Of a DNA stretch of 35,379 nt, positions 20,785 through 32,484 are shown piece by piece. This DNA is from Perkinsus olseni (taxonomy: Eukaryota): assembly GCA_013115125.1 (NCBI GenBank), contig JABANN010000010.1:124001-159379 (forward strand), in the 5' to 3' direction. Below the pieces are notes generated by a model that ran no database searches, was not told the DNA's origin, and worked only from the letters and a program-made list of their open reading frames with translations. A program made the position numbers and the translations under genes. Numbering within the stretch: position 1 is the stretch's first letter; every line of letters starts with the position of its first letter.

Positions 20785-22881
20785 ATAAATCGGTATACCT
20801 CGAGTGGGCAGCTGACCAGTCGTCTATCTCCCAGGGAGGCTAGGAGGGTGAGTGCATCGATGTTTACAGTGTGCTCCCATAGAACGGTCCTGGTCGGGGT
20901 CGCTCCGATCGCACCTTTTATCTCAGGAGCGGGAGAGGGAGAGAGTCAAAGCACAAGAGCTCTACCGCAAAGAGCTAATCAGTCAGATTGACGGAAGTTA
21001 CACTGCTCCTCCGAGTCGGAGAAGAAAATCGCGTTCGCCTGACAGAGCGGTGAGGTCGATTCTGAAATCAGTGTGCGGCTCATCTAGAGGGCCGATGATG
21101 AGTTACTTGCAACGCCTGCTGTTGGATGGGGTGGAGGCTGCCGGGCCGGTACCGGGAGACTGGCGGGTGAGGACACCGGCGCGGGTCCGGCGGTATAGTC
21201 CACCCTATCGCGAACCGTCAACACCCGCGGCAAAAAGTCCTCATAATCACGATTCGCCAAGGGAGTGGTATGAGAGGGAGAGGGAGAGCGAAACTCTGAA
21301 CATGTCGCCCAACAAAAGATATGCGGCGGAGTTGGGAGCACAGGTGGCAGAGAAGCAGGCCAGGGATAGACGGGCAAGAGAGCAGGAAATGATGCGTGAT
21401 AGGATACTGGAAGAGAAACTTCGTAGAGACCGGTAGTAAAGGGCTGTATCCTCAGTGCGGTATTGTTATACATCTTTCCCAATTCACGCTACCGCCGAGA
21501 GAGAGAAGTGATTCGGCGCCTGACCTCGAGAGTCAATGTATCCAAACCAGGTGCGATGACGGGACGGGAAGGTCGGGCAGTGTAATGGCGAGTCGGCGTA
21601 TAATTGGCAATCCTTTCGGTCGAGAGGTAGTGTGTCTAGGATACGACCGAGCAAGGATCAACGGTTCCGAAGCAAGGTCAGCGAAGAGCAACCACGCTGT
21701 GAGAGCGAAAGGAGCCACAAACAGCGTCAGCGGCATGTAATCGACATTGATGCTGAGTGGGCCGAGTGGTACAGCCGACATCCAGAAGCTGATAGGAAGC
21801 GGAACGGTATTGTCAGTGACCGACCTTTCGGGTGGGCGTTCCTAGGAACATTCGAATATCGAGCTGGGTTCTTAGAACCCATATCCTTGACCTGAGAAGT
21901 GATCGAAACTCCGTGATATTATTGGGAAACTACTGTGGTTGGCCCATGAGTACCCGTCCTTTCAGGAGATGTCAAGGCTGTTCCAGACATCAAGACGGTT
22001 GCCGCTATCGATTATACTGACGGGAGAAGGGAATTGAAGATTGGGAACAGTGCTGAAGCAGCGGACCCCGTTTCCAAAATCGCGGATGGTCCAGAAAATG
22101 AGGATACCCTCGACACCTCGAGTGTTGATGAGCCGCCACACAATGGCTCATCGGACCCCTTCGGTGGTCAGCTTGAGGAGAAATCGCCACCATCTCCATT
22201 GGGGGCCTCAGTGGAGAGTGAGAAGCTTTCGACGCAACCTGTCCTCCAGGAGAGCGACTTCGTGCTTGATCAACTTCGGATTGAAATGGATAACTTGAGG
22301 GCCGACATGGAGGTGAGAGGGAACTACGATTTTCTTGCATTTTTCGCGCTGTTAACTCGGGGAAGTCAGATGGCAGCTTTTGACTACGTTTTGCGAAAAT
22401 AAGTCCGGTGGTGTCACCACCGTAGTGAATCCTTCATACGTAGTCTCCATTCCCAGTTCAAGGTTTCGTCGTATTACCTCAGGCGAATCGGCGGCGATTG
22501 CGTAGGGAGATAGACAGGATCAATTCCGCTCGACTGCCGTGCACGTCGGATTTGATACAAAGGGCCTCTCCTCGGTGGGCGGGAGGTACCCGTGAGATGG
22601 TAGATGCTACCGACAGAGCTGAAGATGGTGGAGGAAGCAGCAATGGCGAGGAGTACCTGTTGGAATCCTGGGTCTGCAGCGGATCTGTCATCGGCGACCC
22701 TGCGCCAGGGGAATGGGGATGCGGTAGTGTCCATGGAGAAGTAGAAGTAATTGACGGTTTTGAGGCGTGGAGTGAGGATGTGGGCTCTGATGAGGGTGAA
22801 AGAATGGAGGCTAGAGAGGTTGAAGTGCGATCCCCGGCTGAGTACTTCAACCTCAGACCGGATAAACCGGGGGAATATTAG
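20785..22881 (+). CDS. Spliced low-complexity coiled-coil protein; 5' end not resolved
   Basis: Charged helical segments ERERERVKAQELYRKELISQID and RYAAELGAQVAEKQARDRRAREQEMMRDRILEEKLRRDR; phase-compatible join DQLRIEMDNLRADME | ANRRRLRREIDRIN...; ends PDKPGEY*. Confidence 0.65.
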
Positions 22882-23378
22882 ATTGAAGCGGGCATCCAGT
22901 GACGCATGAAGCTGCACGGCGTCGCTCCTGCTGCATCTTTCAAGCTAGTCGACTCTAGTTAAGTAACTACTGTCTTCAAGGGAAGGGCTGATAACTCGTC
23001 GAGCAAGGTATCGAAGGAGTGCCTGCACTCGCCTCTAGCCTGGGATAGCGGTGGGACCTTTTTGAGATGCACCTCGCTTTTCCTCAAACAAGTTCCGCTT
23101 GAAGTTTCAGTCATGTTTCATCAAACCATATGATAGCTCGTCATTGCATCTGCCGACCATTGCTTGCAGAGGCCTCCGCTCTCCCTTCTGGATCTGCCGT
23201 TCCCGCTGCTGTCATTCACTCAACCGGTCAGTCGGCGTCGGTTCACTGTTCTGTACTCCCAGCTGCCTTTTGCTTTTGCTGCATAGTAAGGATAGTCGAT
23301 TAGATGGATACGATTGTTTTTACTGTTCGACCTCCCTTACTTCTCTTCTTAGCGGGGGGTTAATAGCATAAGAGCCTT

Positions 23379-24064
23379 ATGATAAGGCACCGTCAAATCG
23401 CGGTGGTTTTGTCGGATTTTTCAGACGACACTGGCGGCACCTTCTCCACAGCTTCCCGCTTCGCTTCTCTACAACGAGCGTATGCGGACAACCACTCAGA
23501 GTGGATCTATCAGCTCAATACGCGGACGCCGTACCATCTTTGGAAGGGCCCAGGAATCATTTTCACCCCTACCGGGTTCCAGATGCGTTTACCGAGGTTG
23601 AGAGATTGGTAAGCTACTGTATGCTTTTCGGAGGTCCGAGTGAGTGCGTTCCAGAGAGCCAGAGAACCAGGTACTTCATGGAAGGTGAGAGTATCTTCGA
23701 AGACGGCAAGGAGATGGAGGTGGAAGTTTCAGGCACGGGGGATCCGACTTGGGCTGTGAACAGGAGTAGTACTCAGCGTCGCTCCGCTGTAGACTTGTTA
23801 CATGTTGATCATCTCGGTTTCTCAGGCTACAAGGAACGGTCCAAACTCAATATGCTGGCCGCGACTAATGCCAACTCCCGGATGTTTTGGCTGTACATGA
23901 GTGCTGCCAAGGCTTTCAACATCGACGTTGAGTCCGAGCTAGCCCTGCCCAACATGCGGTTGTTGCTGGGGCATCATAAGACAGCTTTGAGGTCAGTGGC
24001 TCCAACTCAGTTCGAGGGGCTTTACTTCATTACCACTGGAGCCGACTCCACATCGCCGGAATAG
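23379..24064 (+). CDS. Hypothetical protein; splicing ambiguous
   Basis: Overlapping ORFs 23379..23612 and 23501..24064 can be joined through a strong gtaagc donor near 23610 (RLRDW | YFMEG). The C-terminus is protein-like (RMFWLYMSAAKAFNIDVESELALPNMRLLL...). Confidence 0.5.
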
Positions 24065-24694
24065 ACTGGAGGGTGATTGTCTTTCTAGTGTTTGACTCCA
24101 ATACTAAAGAGGCAATCACCGATTTCATGGATTATATCTCATAGAACATAGATTCTATGCGTAAAATTCTATGCAAAGGCTGTCAGTGGCTCGAGGATGT
24201 TGCCGCTATTTGTACCCCCGTTACCACACGTGTATAGTGCTTTTCGGCAGTAACGCTAACATCTGTCTATGCACGTCTATTTGAGAAGGGTTTGGTATTA
24301 CATTGGCGTTAGGAAGATTGGATGTATCCTGAACTTTACGTGAGAGTATGTATCTTGTATGAGTCTCGGTTCTCCCGGAGTACGGTAGGTGATCATACTC
24401 CTCGCAGGCTCTTGCAGCCTGAGCTGGCTCATAGGGTGAAGCGGGTGTATTTCCACCATTTGGACGCTGGTGCAGTGAGTCGGCATAGACCAGTCAATCT
24501 CACGTCTACTCTCATGAACACTGTTTATGATGTTCTAGTGTGAGTATCTGGATGGGCTGTACCGTCTATTTTAATATGGCGGGCTTCGGAGACGCGATCT
24601 GCCAGCTAGGTGCCTTTCCTCAGGGAAGGCGAAGGCGAGTTCCATGTGGTCACCGACAGTGAAGAATTCATGCAAAAAATAGTCGCGCTACTAC

Positions 24695-25682
24695 ATGAGA
24701 AAGGGTAACATAAATTCGTCGCCACGCCGTCGTCTTCACGTGACTCCGTCCCTATTCTTTCACTCATTGCGGCTCTTACTCTTATTGCCGCTATTCCTCA
24801 GAGCTGTCAGACTTTTGTCTGTTCGTACAACGTGGTTTGTTGGTTTCAGCGATAAGTTCCAGCCCGGCTATGAGTACCCGTTTTATGGTGTCACGGAAAA
24901 GGATACACGGAGGCTACCGGACAATGGTACGCCTCTCAGTTGTAGAGACTGTCTAGGTGAAGGTGTCGTTTGGGGATCAGAGTCATCATCAAAAACTCTG
25001 ATGAACGGATTCGAACTCAGTCGTGCGTCGCGCTGCGGACCATGCGTTCGACGAGTCCAGTTGATTATCGTGTCTTATCGGTCTACTCAGCTCCTCAGTA
25101 TTTGGTAAGAGGAGTATACCCCGGAGGGCTGCCGGGTCTGATGCCAGGGAATGAGAAGAGAGCTCGGACCGAATCGAGAAGATATCTGTTGGATGCTGAG
25201 ATCATCATCGATCGAGGAACGGATAAAGGGAAAGTCCGCTTGTGGGACGATAAGGCGGTAGATGTCTATAGAGGGAATCGTAGGTGATATGCGAGGGGTT
25301 ATGGAATTCGGATCATGGTAAATCTGCGGCTGGGTGAGCCAGATTTCAACAATCGAGTTTCGTTATTCGGCCACTGCGATGCACCGATCCGTGAACCGAA
25401 ATGAGATGCTGGAAACCGCGAAGAATGCCAATCTCCGTGGGGCCGTGGTCAATATCCAAACTGATATGTATCTCTTTGGATTGAGCGAATAGTTTGCGTC
25501 CATTCTACTCTAGGTACCACGGAGTGTGGTTGAAGCAAGTCAATCATCTACCTAATTGGCGTTGGACGGGGTGGACCGTCAAGTTGGCGAATGAGAGGCG
25601 ACAGTGGCTCGAGGGGAAGCAAACTGCCCTCGATCGGAAACTCGCTAGGCTCAAGCTCGAGAGCGGCAAGACTGAGAAGTGA
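24695..25682 (+). CDS. Spliced hypothetical protein, possibly with an N-terminal hydrophobic segment
   Basis: Segments KFQPGYEYPFYGVTEKD; GIRVIIKNSDERIRTQ...LWDDKAVDVYRGNR; MLETAKNANLRGAVVNIQTDM | YHGVWLKQVNHLPNWRWTGW...GKTEK*. Confidence 0.6.
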
Positions 25683-26250
25683 CGCATAGAGTTTTTGATG
25701 TGTTTCTTGATTGTTGAGGAGAGTTGCGGTATCTGAAGGAGTTGCTGGTCGGAGGGAGAATCAACTTGGATGATGAATGAGACGATCAGTGAATTTAGTG
25801 TGTGCCTCATTCTTCGCGGGAGATGCTCCAGGATAGAATGATGTAGTCGATATTCCCGTTATCTATAATTAGGAATATGTAGGCTGACGAACGCAATATG
25901 CGTTGGGTGTAGATAAAGAAGATAAAAAGGATGTATGAAAGAGTCGTGTTCTAGGGGCGTACCGGATCTTTGTCATCCTAACCAGCACAAGAGCTATTGT
26001 CTATGAATAAAGGGGGTCCGCACATGGTCACGCACGTGCCGCACGTAAACCTGTGCTTACTACAGTGATCCAGACGACTATTAGAGGTTGTGCTGGACTG
26101 TGCTGTCCACACGTTCATAGGGACAGCTCACAGGAAAATTCCGCACAGTTTACAAATATTACGACGAACTAGAGGAGGGAATGCACGGGTAGTTAAGGAA
26201 GTTCGGCCCAACCGCCTTGCTGGTCTTTTGTTGTCACACCCTTTCCCGCC

Positions 26251-29200
26251 ATGGGATTCCTGGATGCGTACACTCCGATTCCTTTTGAGGAGGCTAGGAA
26301 GACGCATGAGGTACAAAATTGGAGCGGTTCATCATAACGTGGATATCACTGAATTGGGTGGACTTGAAACGCTGATCGCTGATCACTTAATATTCAATCA
26401 AGGGTCGCTGTCGCTCTTCGCAACTCGATTATAACTTCTCATTGACTTGTCGCATCTGGCTCATCCCTAATCGAGAGCGACATTGCATAAAGCGTTTTAC
26501 TCTGTGCGGAGAGTGCCAGAAACTTTATCTACTCTGTGTGATAATGGTTGAAGGGTATGGGGAGGACTAGTCGCCTGCTCAGGTGGTGAAGAGCTCAGCA
26601 ATCGAGCAACTACTGAATAACTGGCAGCGTTCCCGGCATTGGACGAAGCCGTTGTGCAAGCTGAAGTGGGGAGATGAGGTAGTGTGTGGTGGATCTAATT
26701 CTCGGTCGTTCGCGTGGAGTTCTTGGCATTTCCCGAACGGCCGTTTTCAGATGGAATACATGCTCATCCGAATGCAGGAGGGACAGCCTCCTAAGCCGTA
26801 TTATCATGCTGATGAGCTGATCTCTATTCTGAAGAAGGGCGACGGCGATATCTGGCGACCTGAGTGAGTTCCAATTCTCCACATCTTACTGCGCATGACA
26901 ATCAGTTTACACGTGTTCGAGAGCGCGATAGAAGTGCATGAGCTTCCGCCCGTCATTGTGATGTACATGGTCGGGCTCTAGGTATGCGTCTTACATGATA
27001 GAGGCAGTTTCGGATCCCCCGGTTGACCTGGTCCACCCTGACTTTTCCGGTCGTATTTTCGACAGTCTCCGTGAACGTCGGAAACTGATCAAAAGAGTTT
27101 TGCCGGATGGCATCGAGCTCGCAAGCATCGCTGCCTTCCCTACGATGGGTACCTCTTACACACACGATGGAGAGACCATCGGAGGCCCAGCATCGAGGAG
27201 TATCATGGTGTCGGAAAGCGTCATAACGTGCCACGCCAGATTTCAGACGCTCACGCGAAGCGTGAGGAAGCGCAAAGGAGCTAAGGTGAGACGGGGTAAC
27301 TCCAATCAGGCGTTGTCACCGGAGTTCATGCAGCTGGATTTGGCTGCTCGTGTTGAGTATGCTTTCGTTTTCCCGTTACTTACGTACAGGTTTTTGTGCC
27401 AGTCGTTAAAGCGGTAGACAAGGGATGATAAGAGATCAATTCCTCAACCTTGACTGTGTTTTCGTGGAAAGTTCCTTCCCGCCGTGCGACGTCAGGTGTG
27501 CATTTCGGCTCCGTTGTATAAAGATGTAAATACTCCAAGGTGGGGTACTATCGACCACGACTCGGAGCTCTCCGCCTGGAAAGTGCAGCGCGAAGCCGCA
27601 GCCGATGAGATGAACCCGCTGAAGGGCAGGATTTATATGGACGCCACGGTCTTCGGATTCGGTCAGAGCTGTCTGCAGGTAGGCCAGCGCTCGTTCCATT
27701 GAATGAATATCTGCCTAAGATGTACGGTTCCGGCGTAGAATGACGGCTCTAGATTTGCAGTGACTCGAGTCGCGAGATTCTCCCCTGTAGAGCTGAGTTC
27801 ACGAAGTTGCGGTACTGATGAACGCTGTTCTTGGCCTCCAGCGGCGGCGTCGCTCGCATCTCTATATATATGGTACCATTCAGGCCACGTTCGAAGCGGC
27901 AAGTCTGGATGCCGCCAGGGCACTCCACGATCAACTTTGTGTCGTTTCTCCACTGTTCATGGCTTTGGCTGCAGCAGCGCCATTCCAAAGAGGTGGGAAG
28001 TCGATGGCGAGGTCTGCTGGCTATTTTCAACCTCAATGGTGACAGGCCTTGTGTCGGATTATGATGTCCGTTACCAGCTGTTGAACCAGTGTGTTGATGA
28101 TCGGACTATCGACGAGGCCACTCGAGGGAGCGGTGTGTATAGACAACAGGGACGTATGCCGGAAGTCATTCACAGGTCGGGCCGCCCGGGGTTGGCACAA
28201 CGCTGATTTGGTTCCGCTCTCGTGCGTTGCTCGTTGAATCATTAATAGAGAGTAGTCGGATCATGGTGTTATGGCACGCCGTCTTCCACACATTTCTGTA
28301 GGATTTCTGCTATCACCGATATGAATGTGAATGCATATACCTGCATTTGCTGGCAATGTGAGTAAACTCCGTACCATTAATGAACGAATAAGAAATTATC
28401 GTAATCGTAGTCTCATCAGTAGGATGAATGAGCGAGGCCAGAATCCCGGATTCTCCTTCGACTTCGTTATAAGTGTGGTATGTGGTTGATTTCGATCGTC
28501 ACATGTGATTCGTATCCATCTCCCATGTCTCTGCAGGCGTGAGTATTGCGTAGAGTCGCAATCTACAGTGACCCAGCCTAGCGTGAGTTCCCGTCAGAGA
28601 TTGACTTTATTCAGGTACGTCAGCAGATGCGCCCAGGCAGTCAGGATGTCAGACCTGCCAGTGGAGCACCGGTCCGATCAAAAACAGAAACTCGTCCAAG
28701 GCGGAATGGATGAGGCTTTGGCTGATTACATGGCCCACTGCTTTTACCGGTGAGGATCGGCTTTAGGAATGGTGTTATGTATTGACCGGATGTTCGCGAC
28801 GACGCGAGTATTTTTTTCAGAGACCCGATGATCATCTTCAAGGAGAGGATCGATCTGGACAATTCTGTCTCGACCGAGCATTTCGAGGGGATGTACTCAA
28901 CACTGTGGCCCATAGTAAGGGGCCTACATCCATCCGAGGTGGTTCCGACTACCTTCTTGAGAATCGTACTCTCAGGTACGTTTAAAGCCGCCACCGCCGG
29001 CTCAAGAGGACATACATTGGCGAGTCGAGCTGAGAACGCCAGACGTTCAACTCAGCGATTTTGAGAACGCTGCATTTGTTACTGTGACGGCCCTCCTCGC
29101 GAGGGCTATCCAAAGAAGAGCAACCAGCGCGGATTGCTGCGCTGGTGGTCAGGTGGGAGCTCGAGGCTGACACTAAGTTGGAACGCCGTCTTTCTAGGTT

Positions 29201-29763
29201 TCGGAGTTAATTCCGATCTCGTTGTTACTGGAAAATATGCGTCGAGCACATAAGAACGACGCTGTCCGGAAAGTGAAGTTCTGGTGGAATGATAAGGGTG
29301 ATATCCAGGAGCGCTACATGGAGGAAATCTGGTAGTGGGGCAACGCATGAGAATCCCTATGATTGTTCTCCATCTTAGGTGTTCTCCAGGTGGATTACTG
29401 GACGTATGCCGCAGCGAGCTTTCAAAGGGGTATGCTGGTGCCCCGTGTTGTGGTTCGGTTGGCAGCCAGGACAGCACTCGAGAGGCTGCTTCCAATGCAG
29501 CTAAGTATATCAATTTTTTAGAAGCAAGGGTACGGGGCAAGGTAGGCAACTGCGCACTGCGGACTACCCTCGATATCAAGTATCAGGTTGCTACAGGGGC
29601 TCAGTTTTTGAGGCGGAGATTGTACGCTTCGAAGTTTTACAATCAAGACTCAGTCATCACCCCGGAGGCTGCAAGGGAGATGATTGAGCTGTGTATAGAA
29701 ATCGGTGATGCTGAGACCGTTGAGGAGCTCATCGAGATCGCCCCTGAGATGTTCAAATACTAG
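26251..29763 (+). CDS. GCLC: Glutamate-cysteine ligase catalytic subunit (animal/fungal/protist type), multi-exon, divergent
   Basis: MGFLDAYTPIPFEE; LKWGDE | MEYML; WRPE | YASYMIE; HARFQTLTRSVRKRKGAKV; IYMDATVFGFGQSCLQ | ATFEA; DVRY..CVDDRT; AHCFYR | DPMIIFKERIDLD; VRLKPPPP..WRVELR..VQLSDFENAA; ENMRRAHKNDAV; VATGAQFLRR. Confidence 0.92.
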
Positions 29764-30074
29764 TTGAGGCCGAGCATGAAACAGCGGAGGTACGGTACTC
29801 GCTCCAGACCGTAGTGCCACAATCATCGCTTTACACTGTTTTGTCAACTCTTTTTCTTCATCCTTCTCGGGACATACTCTCGCCGAGTATCGGCACGGTA
29901 TGCCGACCGGTGATCGTAGTATCGCATTAGCGAAGTCCACACAGGACGGCGTTGCGCTCTGAGTTGAGGTTAACGTCATGTAAGTTAAGAAGCAAGGATC
30001 TTTCCGACTGAAAGAGCTCGATCAGACCGGAGAAGCTCCGCCTCGCCTTTGTTGCCCTCAGTTGTGGATTCTCA

Positions 30075-31853
30075 ATGGACTTCAATTCTGATGCACCAGA
30101 GTACACGGCAACGTTCATCTCCTTCCACACTTTAAATTTCGTGACTCGGTATACGCTGGAGATCTCCCTCGTCACTGCGCCGTTCAAATGGCGGATCGCA
30201 CGCCGCTATTCGGAGTTCCTTGAGCTTCGGGAAATGCTAATTTTATCCCATCCTCTGCAAGTCCCTAAGATACCCTTCCCCAAGAAGATCCTATTCGCCT
30301 CTATGGCACCGGACCGTGTCCTCAACGAGCGGGCCTGCGCCTTGACGGATTGGCTGAATAGAATACTGAGATCGGTCGAGCCGGACCCGATGTCGATGGC
30401 TTTGCGGCAATTTCTGAATCTATTCCAACCGTGTAAATCACTGCCGCCCGACATGTCGGTTGGTGTCGACAACGGCCCAGTTGGTCCCCCTGTTCGCAGT
30501 CGTGACGGTCGAACTTTGTTGGTGCAGCCGCTACCGGTTTGCATTTTCTCCTTTCTCGAAACGAGGGACGCCTCCAGCTTGGCGCTTGTGAGTAAGGGTT
30601 TCTGGAGGGCCTCAACGGACCCCCTGCTCTGGTCGACCTCCGGATTGGAATTCTGTTGTCCCGATTTGGAACGCCGTCAGCAAGGCCTTATCAGGATTCT
30701 GTACAGAGCTGCGACAACTCTGCCGCAGATGGTTCTCAAGTTGAGGTTCAACGGGACGCCGAGGATGCGCCAGTCGCTGCCGATGTGTATGCACTTCAAC
30801 CGTCTCACGAGGCTGTGCATGCGTACACGTGATAGTGTCTCATACCAACTTTTCTGTGAAATTCTTGATAGTGTGTGCTCCTCGGACTGCATGCCTTTGC
30901 GAGACCTCGACCTTAGCGGCCCGCTTGACATGGAGTGCATCCGCCCTCTGGAGGAGGTCACAAAGCAGTTAGTCAGTCTCCGACTCACCTGGACTGACAA
31001 CCCACGGTTCGGCTTCGTTGATTTGCCCGAGGACATCTGCATTGTAGTTGAGGAGATGCTATCAACAGCTACGTCTCTGCGTAGCCTTGCTATCTTGGTG
31101 GAGGACGAGACGCGATTGCGGCGATCGGCATTCACTGATCTGTTCGCCGTGTTGTCGAAGCTCCCTTTGTTGGACTCTTTCGAGTGCGACTTCATCGACG
31201 ACAATCAGCTCATGAATGCCATCTCGATGCCTGCAGAGTCTCTGAGACCAGTTGTGATGCATATGACGGGGCTAAGAGCGGCGCCGAATATCAGGTTGAA
31301 TGTATTCGCTCAGCTTCTAACGAAATTGTCGCCAAATCTCATTTCGCTTCACTTGGAGGAGTTCCAGAACCCGACCCAAAGATGGATGTTCCACGGCGTC
31401 GTTTCGCCCCCTATTTACTCTCTCAGTGACAGTCTCCACTTCTCTCACCTGACTGACATAACTTTAACGGCTGTTGCTCCTCTGGCCACGTCCGGTCTTG
31501 CGGCTCTAGCGGACGCCACTGCCGAGAACCTCAGAGTGCTGGCTATTCGGGACTCTATCTGGCATTTAACGGATGAGTGCGGGGCAATTCTGAACTCAGG
31601 GAAACTAGCGCGCTTGGAGCGCTTGGAGCTCATCGGAGTCAACGACCTGTGGACGGACGGATTTCTCGAAGAGATGGAGTCCATGAGTTGGCTTTCTGTG
31701 TTGAAGCTGAGTCGGAGCAGAAATATGACCGACGCAGCGATCGACCATTTGAAGCGAGAACTAACACCTCTCGCTCATGCTGAGGAGCTGACCAGCGGAG
31801 GTCTGTTCGATCACGTGAGTAGATTGATCGTGTCACTTGCTTTGTCGTTGTAA
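30075..31853 (+). CDS. Intronless 592-aa PX domain + F-box + leucine-rich-repeat protein
   Basis: PX: YTLEI..WRIARRYSEFLELREML..PKIPFPKK..VLNERACALTDWLNRIL..LRQFL. F-box-like: LPVCIFSFLETRDASSLALVSKGFWRASTDPLLW. LxxLxL repeats: LTRLCM, LRDLDLSG, LVSLRL, LRSLAI, LISLHL, LRVLAI, LERLEL, LSVLKLS..NMTDAAI. Confidence 0.85.
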   Translation: MDFNSDAPEYTATFISFHTLNFVTRYTLEISLVTAPFKWRIARRYSEFLELREMLILSHPLQVPKIPFPKKILFASMAPDRVLNERACALTDWLNRILRSVEPDPMSMALRQFLNLFQPCKSLPPDMSVGVDNGPVGPPVRSRDGRTLLVQPLPVCIFSFLETRDASSLALVSKGFWRASTDPLLWSTSGLEFCCPDLERRQQGLIRILYRAATTLPQMVLKLRFNGTPRMRQSLPMCMHFNRLTRLCMRTRDSVSYQLFCEILDSVCSSDCMPLRDLDLSGPLDMECIRPLEEVTKQLVSLRLTWTDNPRFGFVDLPEDICIVVEEMLSTATSLRSLAILVEDETRLRRSAFTDLFAVLSKLPLLDSFECDFIDDNQLMNAISMPAESLRPVVMHMTGLRAAPNIRLNVFAQLLTKLSPNLISLHLEEFQNPTQRWMFHGVVSPPIYSLSDSLHFSHLTDITLTAVAPLATSGLAALADATAENLRVLAIRDSIWHLTDECGAILNSGKLARLERLELIGVNDLWTDGFLEEMESMSWLSVLKLSRSRNMTDAAIDHLKRELTPLAHAEELTSGGLFDHVSRLIVSLALSL

Positions 31854-32484
31854 TTCTGCTAGTATCTCTCTTTTCAGGCACTTGGCAGCTCGATGAGAAT
31901 AGGCCCAAGATCGCATGGAAATTTGAGGCATCATCATCCTTCGGCGCCCTCAGTCTGGACCGAGCCGCATTGTCACGAGACGAACCTGATAATTCTGCCC
32001 TACGCTCATATATACGAGCCCGGGCCTCGAGATGGCGGCATTCACACGCCGCCTAGGTTCATTGTTGAGCCGTTACCGCTATAGAATATTTTTATACTTT
32101 TTGAAGGTCTCTTGTGCTGTACAATACGCAAGCGTGTCAGTGGTTGATTAGACTTGGGTGCAGAAGTCAATCAATGAACTCGGTGCAGGGCTGAATATTA
32201 TCTAGCTAACGAGTTGAAGAATGAACGCCTCTATACAATCTTAACTTCCGGAGAGAACTCGGCACCCTCGAGCGCTGGTATAACTCTTCGTATACTCATA
32301 ATCACTCTCCTCGACAACACAAGAACATTATGTCAGAAGACTCGCACCGAAGGAGGAACAAACAGGCCAGTTTAAAATCAGAATCAGCGTCAACGCTCCA
32401 TCGTCTACCCTTCAGGGAGATGCATCCTTTGCCACCGGCATGAACTAAGAAGGGGTGCAATTTCGGAAAACTATACTATGACAC

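Noticed and set aside
23387..23424. Second GC-AG intron creating a presequence MIRRHWRHLLHSFPLRFSTTS
   Set aside because: It is phase-compatible and the donor resembles the TyrRS one, but an alternative frame using the strong gtaagc donor near 23610 is equally plausible. It cannot be resolved without transcripts.
24298..24575. Possible small spliced gene (EDWMYPELY / RVKRVYFHHLDAGA / CEYLDGLYRLF)
   Set aside because: Splice-like sites are present, but I could not build a phase-consistent model.
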